This document shows, piece after piece, positions 20,833 to 29,825 of a stretch of 64,000 bases of DNA. The translations under genes and the position numbers were made by a program. The stretch comes from an uncultured virus (IMG/VR IMGVR_UViG_3300042895_000198) (lineage: Duplodnaviria > Heunggongvirae > Uroviricota > Caudoviricetes), in the IMG/VR virus record IMGVR_UViG_3300042895_000198, positions 1 to 64,000 of that record, one strand, 5' to 3'. The first letter of the stretch is position 1, and every line of letters starts with the position of its first letter. Below the pieces are notes generated by a model. That model worked only from the letters and a program-made list of their open reading frames with translations. It searched no databases and was not told where the DNA came from.

Positions 20833-22541
20833 TTATTTTTCGTAAGGTTCGTTGGAAGAATTTACTTTCAACGGGCAACCACTTTACTGAGATACAACTT
20901 GATGGTAACTCCAACACATTAGTTGTTGGTGAAAATGGATCAGGTAAAAGTACAATGCTTGATGCATTGTGTTTCGGCCTGTTTGGCAAAGCATTTCGTA
21001 ATGTTAACAAGCCACAATTGTTGAATTCAATCAATCAAAAAGATTGTGTCGTTGAAGTTGAGTTTGATGCCAATAATAAATCATATAAGATTATTCGTGG
21101 TATTAAACCAAATGTGTTTGAGATTCAACAGAATGGTGACTTGTTAAACCAAGATGCGGCTGCAAGAGACTACCAAGAATTCTTAGAGAAGTTCATTCTC
21201 AAAATGAATTACAAATCTTTCACACAGATTGTTATTCTTGGTTCGGCATCATTCACGCCATTCATGCAGCTATCATCTTCTGACCGCAGAACTATTATTG
21301 AAGACTTACTTGACATTCAAATCTTCTCTACAATGAATGGGTTGGTAAAAGGTAGATTATCAGCCAATAAAGATTCAACTTCAAATAAGAAGTATGATAT
21401 TGATTTGACAAAACAAAAATATGATTTAGAAAAGAAACATATTGATGAGTTGAAACAGAACAATGATGAGAAAGTGAAACAATATGAAGGTGAGATTGAA
21501 CGTAATAATCAAACCATACAAACCTTACATGCAGAAATTGCTAATGCCTCAACATACGTTGCAGACTACTCTACCAAGGTGGCATTACAGGTTGAAACTG
21601 AGAATAAGGTTAAAAAACTTGGTAAGCTTGAATCACAAATTGAAAGCAACTTATCCAAATTTCAGAAAGATATCAGTTTCTTTTCACACAATGATGATTG
21701 TCCAACGTGTAGGCAATCCATTGCCGCCGAGTTTAAAGAAGGACAAATACAGTCCCTACAAACCAAGACTGAACAATGTGAACACGGGTTAAAAGAACTA
21801 GAAACGAAACTGTTAGAAGAACAGTCTAAGTTGAATGAGATTGCTGAAGTACAGAGAGCTATTCAGAAGTTACAAATTGATATTGCAACAAAGAACACTA
21901 CCATTGTAGAAGTTAACAAGTATATTGTTAAGATGCAAAAAGAGGTAGAGTTATTGAAAGAGACAAAAGGTTCAACACAGCTACAAGAAACACAGCTGCA
22001 AGAACTCGCAAGTCAGTTGAAACAACTAGAATCAGACTTAAAAGAATTGATAGAAGAAAAAACATATTATGAAACGGCAACGTCATTGTTAAGAGATACT
22101 GGTATTAAGACCAAGATTATCAAACAGTATTTGCCTATCATCAATAAGTTGGTCAACAAATATTTATCATCACTAGATTTCTTTGTAAACTTTAACCTAG
22201 ATGAATCATTTAAAGAAACAATCAAATCAAGGCATCGTGATGACTTTTCTTACCACAACTTTTCTGAAGGTGAGAAACAACGTATTGATATGGCCTTGAT
22301 GTTAACATGGCGTGCTGTTGCTAAGTTAAAGAACTCATCTAATACCAACTTGTTGATTTTGGATGAAACATTTGATTCTTCATTAGACACTACTGGTACG
22401 GAAGAATTGATGAAGATTCTACACATGCTTGAGGGTGTTAACCTATTTGTTATTAGCCACAAGGGTGACATTCTACAAGATAAGTTTGCTAACGTAATTA
22501 GATTCGGTAAAGAAAAGAATTTTTCAAGGATAATAAAATGA
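20829..22541 (+). CDS. gp46: Recombination ATPase subunit (Rad50/SbcC-like)
   Basis: GENGSGKST, CPTC zinc hook, FSEGEK, LILDE. Confidence 0.95.
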   Translation: MIIFRKVRWKNLLSTGNHFTEIQLDGNSNTLVVGENGSGKSTMLDALCFGLFGKAFRNVNKPQLLNSINQKDCVVEVEFDANNKSYKIIRGIKPNVFEIQQNGDLLNQDAAARDYQEFLEKFILKMNYKSFTQIVILGSASFTPFMQLSSSDRRTIIEDLLDIQIFSTMNGLVKGRLSANKDSTSNKKYDIDLTKQKYDLEKKHIDELKQNNDEKVKQYEGEIERNNQTIQTLHAEIANASTYVADYSTKVALQVETENKVKKLGKLESQIESNLSKFQKDISFFSHNDDCPTCRQSIAAEFKEGQIQSLQTKTEQCEHGLKELETKLLEEQSKLNEIAEVQRAIQKLQIDIATKNTTIVEVNKYIVKMQKEVELLKETKGSTQLQETQLQELASQLKQLESDLKELIEEKTYYETATSLLRDTGIKTKIIKQYLPIINKLVNKYLSSLDFFVNFNLDESFKETIKSRHRDDFSYHNFSEGEKQRIDMALMLTWRAVAKLKNSSNTNLLILDETFDSSLDTTGTEELMKILHMLEGVNLFVISHKGDILQDKFANVIRFGKEKNFSRIIK

Positions 22542-23113
22542 GTGAAATACTAAGAATTGATACTAGTGCTGGTGTAACAAAAGCAACAGACACTATTGAA
22601 GACCTGCCTTTATATAATGATAATCATCCTATGTTAAAGGCTGTTATTCCAGAATATAGAATACAGTTGCCTAACCCATTGATGACCAAATTGGTTAAAA
22701 GGTTGAAACAAACAAAACTAAAATATGGCGGCATTGGCCTTTCTGCAAACCAATGTGGTGTTATGGAAAGAGTATTCGTTATTGGGTATGAAGAAACTAA
22801 TATGGTTTGTATCAACCCTAAAATCATTGATGCTTCGGCAGACTTGATTAAAGACAATGAAGGTTGCCTCTCTTTCCCTGGTTTATATGTTAAGATATCA
22901 AGGCCTAGTTGGTTGGAAGTAGAGTACGTTACTGAAAATGGCGAACTAATACGACAAAGAATTGAAGGTCTGACTGCAAGATGTTTTGCACATGAATTGG
23001 ATCATATGAATGGTACTAAGTTTACCGAACATGTTGGTCCAGTTGCACTCAGACTGGCTAAAGATAAACAAGAAAAACGCATTAAGAAACATGTGCGAAA
23101 TAGAAAGAAATAA
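22538..23113 (+). CDS. def: Peptide deformylase
   Basis: GIGLSANQ, EGCLSFP, HELDH. Confidence 0.93.
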   Translation: MSEILRIDTSAGVTKATDTIEDLPLYNDNHPMLKAVIPEYRIQLPNPLMTKLVKRLKQTKLKYGGIGLSANQCGVMERVFVIGYEETNMVCINPKIIDASADLIKDNEGCLSFPGLYVKISRPSWLEVEYVTENGELIRQRIEGLTARCFAHELDHMNGTKFTEHVGPVALRLAKDKQEKRIKKHVRNRKK

Positions 23114-24390
23114 TGGCATACGGATTTGACCCAAAAGATGATGTAGATACGCAATGGACAAAATGGCATGCAGACTTTAAAGAGCCTGCTGTTTTGACTG
23201 ATGAGACTTTACGTGAGAAAATCATTAGTGACCTTACATTTGTATCAAAGATGGATGTCAAAGAATATACATTATACCAAAAATGGTGTGAAGTGCAAGA
23301 CAGATATCCTACAATGACTGTTAATGATTTGTGGGAAGGTGAGAAGGTTGTATTACAGAGTGATGTTCAACGTGATGCTATTGATGACATTAAGAACAAC
23401 TTTTGGATTCCAGAAACACTTGAAGATTATCTGAAACTTGAACCTGAAATGATTTACACAAACAAAGGTGAGAACTTGCCTGAATTGTGGAATTGTATTC
23501 GCACCTTTTCTTCTACAATGAAGAACAACTCTAACATTGGCCGCAATCTAAACTTCATCATTCGTGATAAGGTAACAAAGAAGTATCTTGGTGTTATTTG
23601 TATTTCATCAGACTTTCTTGATTTGACACCAAGAGATAATCACATTGGTTGGCCAAGAGAACTTAAAACACAAGGCGGTATGATTAACCATACTGCAATT
23701 GGTTCTACAATTGTTCCATTGCAGCCACTTGGTTTTAATTATGTTGGTGGTAAATTACTGGCACTTCTATGTCTTGCCGATCCTGTACAAGAATTGTGGA
23801 AGAAATTATATGGCGACACATTAGTTTCTGTAACTACAACTTCATTGTATGGTAGAACTAAGGCTGATGGACTTTCTCAGTATGATGGTCTAGACCACTG
23901 GCAGAAAATGGGATTTACGGCAGGTTCGGTATCATTTGAACCAGAAAAAGAAACACGATATGATATTCGTGATTGGTTGAAAACAAAACATACACGTAAA
24001 TACTTTGAATGGTATGTTGCAAAGAAGCCAAGCGGACAACCACATAAGCGTGACCATAAGAATCGTTCACTTCAGTTTGTTTATTCTAAATTGAATATTC
24101 CTAAAGAGTTGATTCGTACAGACCATGCTCGAGGCATTTATTGGTCGCCACTATACGATAACTCTATTGATTACCTTAATAAGAAAATTGGTGATGATGA
24201 CTTGGTTAAATCATTTGATACAAGCGTTGAAGCCTTAGTTGATATTTGGAGAACTAAACATGCCAAACCACGTATCAAACAATTGGCCAAAAAAGGCCGT
24301 AACAATAACGAAACCTTGTTCTATGACGACCTCTGTTATCTAACATGGGAACAGGCAAAAGAGAAGTATCTTTGCCAAGTTGGTCGTTAA
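23113..24390 (+). CDS. DUF4338/DruA-like protein (paralog 1)
   Basis: GRNLNFII, RDNHIGW, VPLQPLGFNYVGGKLLA, TTTSLYG, SQYDG, MGFTAG. Confidence 0.7.
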   Translation: MAYGFDPKDDVDTQWTKWHADFKEPAVLTDETLREKIISDLTFVSKMDVKEYTLYQKWCEVQDRYPTMTVNDLWEGEKVVLQSDVQRDAIDDIKNNFWIPETLEDYLKLEPEMIYTNKGENLPELWNCIRTFSSTMKNNSNIGRNLNFIIRDKVTKKYLGVICISSDFLDLTPRDNHIGWPRELKTQGGMINHTAIGSTIVPLQPLGFNYVGGKLLALLCLADPVQELWKKLYGDTLVSVTTTSLYGRTKADGLSQYDGLDHWQKMGFTAGSVSFEPEKETRYDIRDWLKTKHTRKYFEWYVAKKPSGQPHKRDHKNRSLQFVYSKLNIPKELIRTDHARGIYWSPLYDNSIDYLNKKIGDDDLVKSFDTSVEALVDIWRTKHAKPRIKQLAKKGRNNNETLFYDDLCYLTWEQAKEKYLCQVGR

Positions 24391-24395
24391 AACGC

Positions 24396-24424
24396 TTGAC
24401 AAACAGCCTATATAATTATATAAT
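24396..24424 (+). promoter_or_regulatory. Consensus sigma70 promoter driving the tRNA-like RNA
   Basis: TTGACA-N17-TATAAT. Confidence 0.85.
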
Positions 24425-24434
24425 AGACACAAAT

Positions 24435-24497
24435 GCGGAGAGTCCGAGACAGCCCGTCCCAACGGGCAGACAGGTTTAACTCCTGTTATCCGCTCCA
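24435..24497 (+). tRNA. Atypical tRNA-Gly-like RNA (CCC), D-arm reduced, 63 nt
   Basis: Acceptor GCGGAGA/TATCCGC + TCCA; T arm ACAGG-TTTAACT-CCTGT; anticodon arm GCCCG-TCCCAA-CGGGC; mini D hairpin GTC-CGA-GAC. Confidence 0.65.
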
Positions 24498-24523
24498 TTC
24501 CTAAGTCCCATGCGACTTCCCAA

Positions 24524-24575
24524 CTGTTGTTTTTACGCAACAGGCTCTTGACAAATCCTCCAGTTTTGATATAAT
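24524..24575 (+). promoter_or_regulatory. Palindromic operator plus sigma70 promoter
   Basis: CTGTTG-N8-CAACAG, then TTGACA-N16-TATAAT with extended -10 TG. Confidence 0.75.
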
Positions 24576-24602
24576 GGTTAGATAAATTCAAAAAGGTTTT
24601 GC

Positions 24603-26906
24603 ATGACAGCATTTACAGTAGAACAAAAATCTCAGCTTGCCAAGTTGATGGCAACTGAGAACCTTACCATTCAACATTCAAAAATCCATACTGCCAAATT
24701 TGACCCAACTAAACGGATTCTTTATCTTCCTATGTGGAAAGATATGTCAAGTTTCATGTATGATTTGCTTGGCGGCCATGAGGTCGGTCATGCTCTTTAT
24801 ACTCCTGCGGATGGTTGGCATGATGTTGTTACCGATAAAAACAGAGGTAAGAATTATAAAGCTTTCCTTAATGTGATTGAAGATGCTCGCATTGAGAAAA
24901 AAGTTATTCGTAAATATCCAGGCCTTAAATCATCATTCCGTAAAGCATATGCTGAATTAAGTGACCGTGATTTCTTTGGCATCCAACATCGTGACATTAA
25001 CCATATGTCATTCATTGACCGATTGAATATCTATACCAAGAGCCAATACAGCGAAAACATTAGATTTTCTGTTGAAGAAATGCAAATGATTGGTGAAGTT
25101 CAAATGCTTGAAACATGGAATGATGTGCTTCGGGTAACTGAAAAGATTTATGGTTATTGTAAGAATGAACAATTTGAATTATCAATTGGTGATGATTTTG
25201 AATATGACGCTGAAGGCAATCCCTTAGATGAAGATGATACCAATTCCGATTATGATTATGATACTGAATTGGATAATGGTGAATCTGGCGACAGCGAAGA
25301 TTCGGATGAAACCTCAGATGAAACTACCGATGAAGAAACCGATGGTAACTCTGATGGTGAAGGTGACGATTCCGATTCTGATGATGACGGCAACAATGTG
25401 AATCGTGATAAAGATTCGCAAATGTCCAATTTCGATTCAGAAGATTTTGATCCAGAATGTGTAACTGACGATAACTACCGCAAAAACGAAGTGACATTGC
25501 TTGATGAAAAATGCAAGCCTTATGTGTACGCTAATATGCCTACACCTATTTTGTCTAAAATTATCACACCTGCAAAACGGGTTCAAGAGTTGTTGACATT
25601 AGATTTTGCAAATCAGGTTAAAGATGGTTATATAACAGATGAAAGAATCAATGGTTTTGTACAAGAATTTCGTAATAGAAATGAACGTTACATTGCATTG
25701 CTTGCCAAAGAGTTTGAAATGCGTAAGGCTGCCAAATCATTCAGTAAGGCAAAGCAATCGGATACTGGTGATGTTGATGTTAACAAACTGGCTTCATACC
25801 GTTTTGATGACAATATCTTCCGTAAAATCATGCAAGTGCCAAAAGGCAAATCACATGGTTTGATTCTGTTGCTTGATTATTCTGGTTCTATGTCAGATAA
25901 CATGGCAGGTTCTATTGAACAAATCTTGGTTCTTTCCATGTTCTGCCGTAAAGTAAACATTCCATTCCATGTTTATGCATTCAGTAATGATTCTTCCACA
26001 TGGTCAATTGATAATCCCAAGACTACTGCTGTACCACTTAGCGTTCTTGGAAATCCTATGGAAGTTCGTCAATGTTTTATGTACCAATCTGGTGAATTAA
26101 AATTTGAAGCTATTTCATTGCGTGAATATTTAAATTCTAAAATGACAAATGCTGAATTTACCAAGGCCTTGCGTAACATGGTATTGTTGAAAAAGTCCTA
26201 TGAAGGCGGTCGTTATGCTCGTGTTGTGCAAAGACCACATTCTGAAAGACTTTCAAATACTCCTTTGACAGAAGCTTTGGTTGCAACACAAGCAATTATG
26301 AAAAACTTTAAACGTAGCAACAATTTGGATATTACAAACTTGGTAATTATCCATGACGGTGATGCTGACTCCACTAATTGTGTGGCAAATGATGAAGGTG
26401 GTTACAATTGGTTTCATCCATTGTATGAGAATGTTATCCTTCAAGATAACAAATTAAAATACCAGAAGCTAGTTAAGTCTAACAACTTAAGCAATGAAAT
26501 GTTTGTTTCGGTTGCTGAGTGGTTTACCGCTACAACCAACTCTAAGATTTTTGGTTTCTTTATTGTTCCTCCTCATCGTTCAAAGGGCATCATTAGACAT
26601 TACTACCATAATGAAAATAGATTACCTCTATACACTAAGCGTTCTGATGCTAACATAGATGCTGAGTTGATTAAACAACTGAAGCGTAAATTGGATACTC
26701 AGAAGTTTTTACATTCATTCAATCCTGGTTATGATTCGTTCTTCCTAATTTCTGGTGGAAATGATTTAATGACCAATGATGGTGAAATTGAGGTTGATGG
26801 TAAACTTACAGCATCTAAGCTCAAGAATGCTTTTATGAAGTTCAATAAAGGCAAACAGATTAACCGAGTGTTAGTCTCCAAGTTCATTCAAGGCATTGCT
26901 GCCTGA
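24603..26906 (+). CDS. CobT-like protein: N-terminal HExxH domain, acidic linker, VWA domain
   Basis: GHEVGHALYT, NVIEDARIE, D/E-rich linker, LLDYSGSM MIDAS motif, TPL, HDG. Confidence 0.8.
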   Translation: MTAFTVEQKSQLAKLMATENLTIQHSKIHTAKFDPTKRILYLPMWKDMSSFMYDLLGGHEVGHALYTPADGWHDVVTDKNRGKNYKAFLNVIEDARIEKKVIRKYPGLKSSFRKAYAELSDRDFFGIQHRDINHMSFIDRLNIYTKSQYSENIRFSVEEMQMIGEVQMLETWNDVLRVTEKIYGYCKNEQFELSIGDDFEYDAEGNPLDEDDTNSDYDYDTELDNGESGDSEDSDETSDETTDEETDGNSDGEGDDSDSDDDGNNVNRDKDSQMSNFDSEDFDPECVTDDNYRKNEVTLLDEKCKPYVYANMPTPILSKIITPAKRVQELLTLDFANQVKDGYITDERINGFVQEFRNRNERYIALLAKEFEMRKAAKSFSKAKQSDTGDVDVNKLASYRFDDNIFRKIMQVPKGKSHGLILLLDYSGSMSDNMAGSIEQILVLSMFCRKVNIPFHVYAFSNDSSTWSIDNPKTTAVPLSVLGNPMEVRQCFMYQSGELKFEAISLREYLNSKMTNAEFTKALRNMVLLKKSYEGGRYARVVQRPHSERLSNTPLTEALVATQAIMKNFKRSNNLDITNLVIIHDGDADSTNCVANDEGGYNWFHPLYENVILQDNKLKYQKLVKSNNLSNEMFVSVAEWFTATTNSKIFGFFIVPPHRSKGIIRHYYHNENRLPLYTKRSDANIDAELIKQLKRKLDTQKFLHSFNPGYDSFFLISGGNDLMTNDGEIEVDGKLTASKLKNAFMKFNKGKQINRVLVSKFIQGIAA

Positions 26907-26907
26907 G

Positions 26908-26959
26908 TGTTGTATTAATACAACAGGGTGGTTGACAATACCTCCTGTTGTGTTATAAT
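26908..26959 (+). promoter_or_regulatory. Palindromic operator plus sigma70 promoter
   Basis: TGTTGTATTAATACAACA, then TTGACA-N16-TATAAT with extended -10. Confidence 0.75.
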
Positions 26960-26985
26960 ATACCCTATATTATGAAAGATTTATT

Positions 26986-28152
26986 ATGACAGCTCGTACT
27001 GAAATCCGTGAAAAGTTTATGTCCACTCTGCAAGCACTTGGCAAAGCCGAAGTGACTAAAGCAGAAATCAAATCCATTTGTGCAACTCTTGGCATTTCTG
27101 GTGCTCAATGGTTTACCAAAGAAGAATCGAACCGTGTTGGTCGTGGTAAATACCTTGTACCTAATCCCGCATTAATATCAATGCAAGCCAATGTTGTGCC
27201 TATGAAAAAACCAGTTGAACAATCAAATCATAGAATTGTTAATGTAGTTACTGACCTTGATACTACAAACTTAATTCCAACACCATATCGCAATTATGTC
27301 CCATTCGGTGACTTTGACGATATTGTTTCAATCGTGAAATCAAATCGATTCTTTCCAGTATTCATTACTGGTCATTCAGGTAATGGTAAAACAATGTCTA
27401 TTGAACAGGCCTGTGCAAAGGCTCGCCGTAAATTCATTTGCGTATCAATGACACCTGAAACTGATGAAGGTGATTTGCTTGGTAACTATGTGTTGATTGA
27501 TGGTAATATGGAATGGCGTGATGGTCCTGTAACAACAGCGGCTCGTCAAGGCGCTGTGTTATGTATTGATGAAATCGATTATGGTGCTCAGAACCTTTCC
27601 TCTTTGCAACGTGTACTTGAAGGCAAACCTTTCATGTTGAAAAAGAAAGGTGAATTGATTACACCTGCTGAAGGTTTCACCGTGTTTGCTACTGCAAATA
27701 CTAAAGGTAAAGGTTCAGATGATGGTCGTTACATGTTCACCAATGTTTTGAACGAAGCGTTCCTTGAGCGTTTCCCCAATACATACGAACAACAATGGCC
27801 ACCAACTAATATTGAAAAGAAAATCATTAAGAAAGAATTGGTTTCTGTTGGTCGTGATGATGAAGACTTTGCCGACAAACTGGTAATGTGGGCAGATACC
27901 ATTCGTAAAACATTCTTGGATGGTGGTTGTGATGAAGTGATTTCCACTCGCCGTTTGGTACACATTGTGAATACATTTGGTATTCATGGTGATAAAATGA
28001 AATCTATTGGCTTGTGCTTAAACCGTTTTGATGATGACACAAAGGCAAGTTTTGTTGATTTGTATACCAAGATTGATGCAGGTATTAATCCTGATGCGCC
28101 ACCTGTTATTGTGCCTGAAACCACACAACAATCGGAAGAAATTCCATTCTAA
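26986..28152 (+). CDS. CobS/MoxR-like AAA+ ATPase
   Basis: GHSGNGKT, CIDEID, ATANTKG, NEAFLERF, ISTRRL. Confidence 0.88.
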   Translation: MTARTEIREKFMSTLQALGKAEVTKAEIKSICATLGISGAQWFTKEESNRVGRGKYLVPNPALISMQANVVPMKKPVEQSNHRIVNVVTDLDTTNLIPTPYRNYVPFGDFDDIVSIVKSNRFFPVFITGHSGNGKTMSIEQACAKARRKFICVSMTPETDEGDLLGNYVLIDGNMEWRDGPVTTAARQGAVLCIDEIDYGAQNLSSLQRVLEGKPFMLKKKGELITPAEGFTVFATANTKGKGSDDGRYMFTNVLNEAFLERFPNTYEQQWPPTNIEKKIIKKELVSVGRDDEDFADKLVMWADTIRKTFLDGGCDEVISTRRLVHIVNTFGIHGDKMKSIGLCLNRFDDDTKASFVDLYTKIDAGINPDAPPVIVPETTQQSEEIPF

Positions 28153-28156
28153 TAAA

Positions 28157-28186
28157 TGCGGCAGAGATTATTCTTTGCCGTAAAAA
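28157..28186 (+). terminator. Stem-loop (possible terminator) after the AAA gene
   Basis: GCGGCAGAG...CTTTGCCGT inverted repeat, without a + strand T tract. Confidence 0.45.
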
Positions 28187-28189
28187 GTG

Positions 28190-28218
28190 TTGACACACTC
28201 ACTTAAACGTGTTATAAT
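28190..28218 (+). promoter_or_regulatory. Consensus sigma70 promoter
   Basis: TTGACA-N17-TATAAT with extended -10. Confidence 0.85.
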
Positions 28219-28227
28219 ATATCATAT

Positions 28228-28278
28228 TTTGAGAGAATGAATCTCCTCTCAAATACTTCCCCTCAATTGAGATTCGTT
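28228..28278 (+). promoter_or_regulatory. 5'-leader pseudoknot
   Basis: Stem TTTGAGAG/CTCTCAAA; loop AATGAATCTC complementary to downstream GAGATTCGTT. Confidence 0.6.
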
Positions 28279-28296
28279 TTTATTATGGAGACTACT

Positions 28297-28569
28297 ATGT
28301 CCGCTAAATCTAAAGTCCTCGCCTATCTTTCCAAGACTGGTTCTTACAACACATTGACACCTACCAAGATGCAATCTGTTTTCGGTGTTGCAAATCCTTC
28401 CGCAACCATCAATGAATTGCGTAACGAAGGCTATGCAATCTACTTGAACAGCCGTGTTACACCATCTGGTGACAAGGTTTCGTTCTATCGTTTGGGCACA
28501 CCAACTAAACGTGTAGTTGCTGCTGGCATCGCCGCAATTCGTTCACAAGGAACACGTGCTTTTGCCTAA
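28297..28569 (+). CDS. Small winged-helix DNA-binding protein
   Basis: GGAG RBS; KVLAYL..LT....FGVANPSATINELRNEGYAI...YRLG wHTH pattern. Confidence 0.65.
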   Translation: MSAKSKVLAYLSKTGSYNTLTPTKMQSVFGVANPSATINELRNEGYAIYLNSRVTPSGDKVSFYRLGTPTKRVVAAGIAAIRSQGTRAFA

Positions 28570-28589
28570 TTCTTTATAGAATAACACTC

Positions 28590-28626
28590 AGAGGAGGGAT
28601 ATATAATAGTATCCCTCCTCTTTTTT
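28590..28626 (+). terminator. Rho-independent terminator
   Basis: AGAGGAGGGATA-N8-TATCCCTCCTCT followed by a T tract. Confidence 0.85.
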
Positions 28627-28642
28627 ATTTTATGGATACATT

Positions 28643-29458
28643 ATGGAAATTGAAGTTAAACTTGAAGAACTAAAAAAGGCAAAGTTGTTTATTGCTACAC
28701 CAATGTATGGTGGCATGTCACACGGCCTTTATGTTAAGTCTTGCTTAGACTTACAAACTACAATGGCGAAATACGGAGTTGAAACTAAGTTTTCATTCCT
28801 GTTTAATGAATCGCTAATCACTCGAGCTAGAAATTATTTGGTTGACGAATTCTTGCGCTCTGGTTTTACACACTTATTGTTTATCGATTCTGATATTCAT
28901 TACAGTCCGCAAGATGTGTTAGCACTTCTAGCACTTGATAAGGATGTTATTGGTGGTCCTTATCCTAAGAAATCTATCAACTGGGGTAATATCGCTTCTG
29001 CGGCACGTACACATCCAGGTTTGGAACCTAGAGAGCTTGAGAACCTTGTTGGCGAATATGTCTTCAACGTTGTTAAAGGCACATCACAATTTACTGTAAC
29101 AGAACCACTTGAAGTTATGGAAATTGGTACAGGTTTCATGTTGGTTAAGAGTGAAGTGTTTGAGAAAATGGAAAAACAATATCCAACTATCAAATACAAA
29201 CCAGACCATGTTGGCCAAGCAAACTTTGATGGCTCACGATACATCCATGCTTTCTTTGATACAGTAATTGATACCAAAGATAGTATTACAGGCGGTGGTT
29301 CTGAACGTTATCTAAGTGAAGACTATATGTTCTGCCAAATGTGGCGCAAGATGGGTGGTAAAATCTTCTTGTGTCCATGGATGAGAACACAACACATTGG
29401 TACATATGCCTTTACTGGTAATATGCCTGCTGTTGCACAGTACACAGGAAAACTATGA
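28643..29458 (+). CDS. Glycosyltransferase-like protein (GT-A fold)
   Basis: LFIATPMYGG, ESLITRARN, FIDSDI (DxD), GTGFML, LSEDYMFC. Confidence 0.75.
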   Translation: MEIEVKLEELKKAKLFIATPMYGGMSHGLYVKSCLDLQTTMAKYGVETKFSFLFNESLITRARNYLVDEFLRSGFTHLLFIDSDIHYSPQDVLALLALDKDVIGGPYPKKSINWGNIASAARTHPGLEPRELENLVGEYVFNVVKGTSQFTVTEPLEVMEIGTGFMLVKSEVFEKMEKQYPTIKYKPDHVGQANFDGSRYIHAFFDTVIDTKDSITGGGSERYLSEDYMFCQMWRKMGGKIFLCPWMRTQHIGTYAFTGNMPAVAQYTGKL

Positions 29459-29808
29459 CGCCAAGGTTTGATGAAGAAGATACGGATGTAGTAAAAGCTT
29501 CTCAAACCGCCACTACTGGTGGTCGCAAATTCGATGGTAACAAGCTAGAATACGGCTTGTTACCGCCGAAGGCATTAGAAGCTACTGTTGACGTTCTTAC
29601 ATTTGGTGCCCAAAAGTATGAGCGTGATAATTGGAAAAAAGTACCTGATTCAAAACGCAGGTATTTTGATGCCCTACAGAGGCATTTATGGGCTTGGAAA
29701 ACGGGTGAAATTGAAGATGTTGAATCTGGCAAACATCACCTTGCTCATGCTATGTGTTGCCTCATGTTTCTATATGAACATGATACAATCCATTCTGTGA
29801 ATGATTAA
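29455..29808 (+). CDS. dATP/dGTP diphosphohydrolase domain protein (DUF5664-like)
   Basis: GRKFDGNK, FGAQKY..DNWKK, RH..AW..GE..D.ESG.HHLAHA. Confidence 0.8.
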   Translation: MTPRFDEEDTDVVKASQTATTGGRKFDGNKLEYGLLPPKALEATVDVLTFGAQKYERDNWKKVPDSKRRYFDALQRHLWAWKTGEIEDVESGKHHLAHAMCCLMFLYEHDTIHSVND

Positions 29809-29825
29809 TTTTTTTGGAGTATATT

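Noticed and set aside
23113..24390. Complete Druantia defence system
   Set aside because: No DruE helicase or other Dru genes are nearby, and the context is phage core genes.
24435..24497. Calling the RNA a standard translational tRNA-Gly
   Set aside because: It lacks the D-loop GG and a normal D arm, has a 6-nt anticodon loop and no TTC in the T loop; it is kept as atypical only.
24503..24520. AAGTC/GACTT hairpin after the tRNA-like RNA as a possible ribozyme
   Set aside because: It is too short, and no HDV-like nested pseudoknot could be built.
25190..25450. GAT/GAA-rich quasi-repeat
   Set aside because: It simply encodes the Asp/Glu-rich linker of the CobT-like protein.
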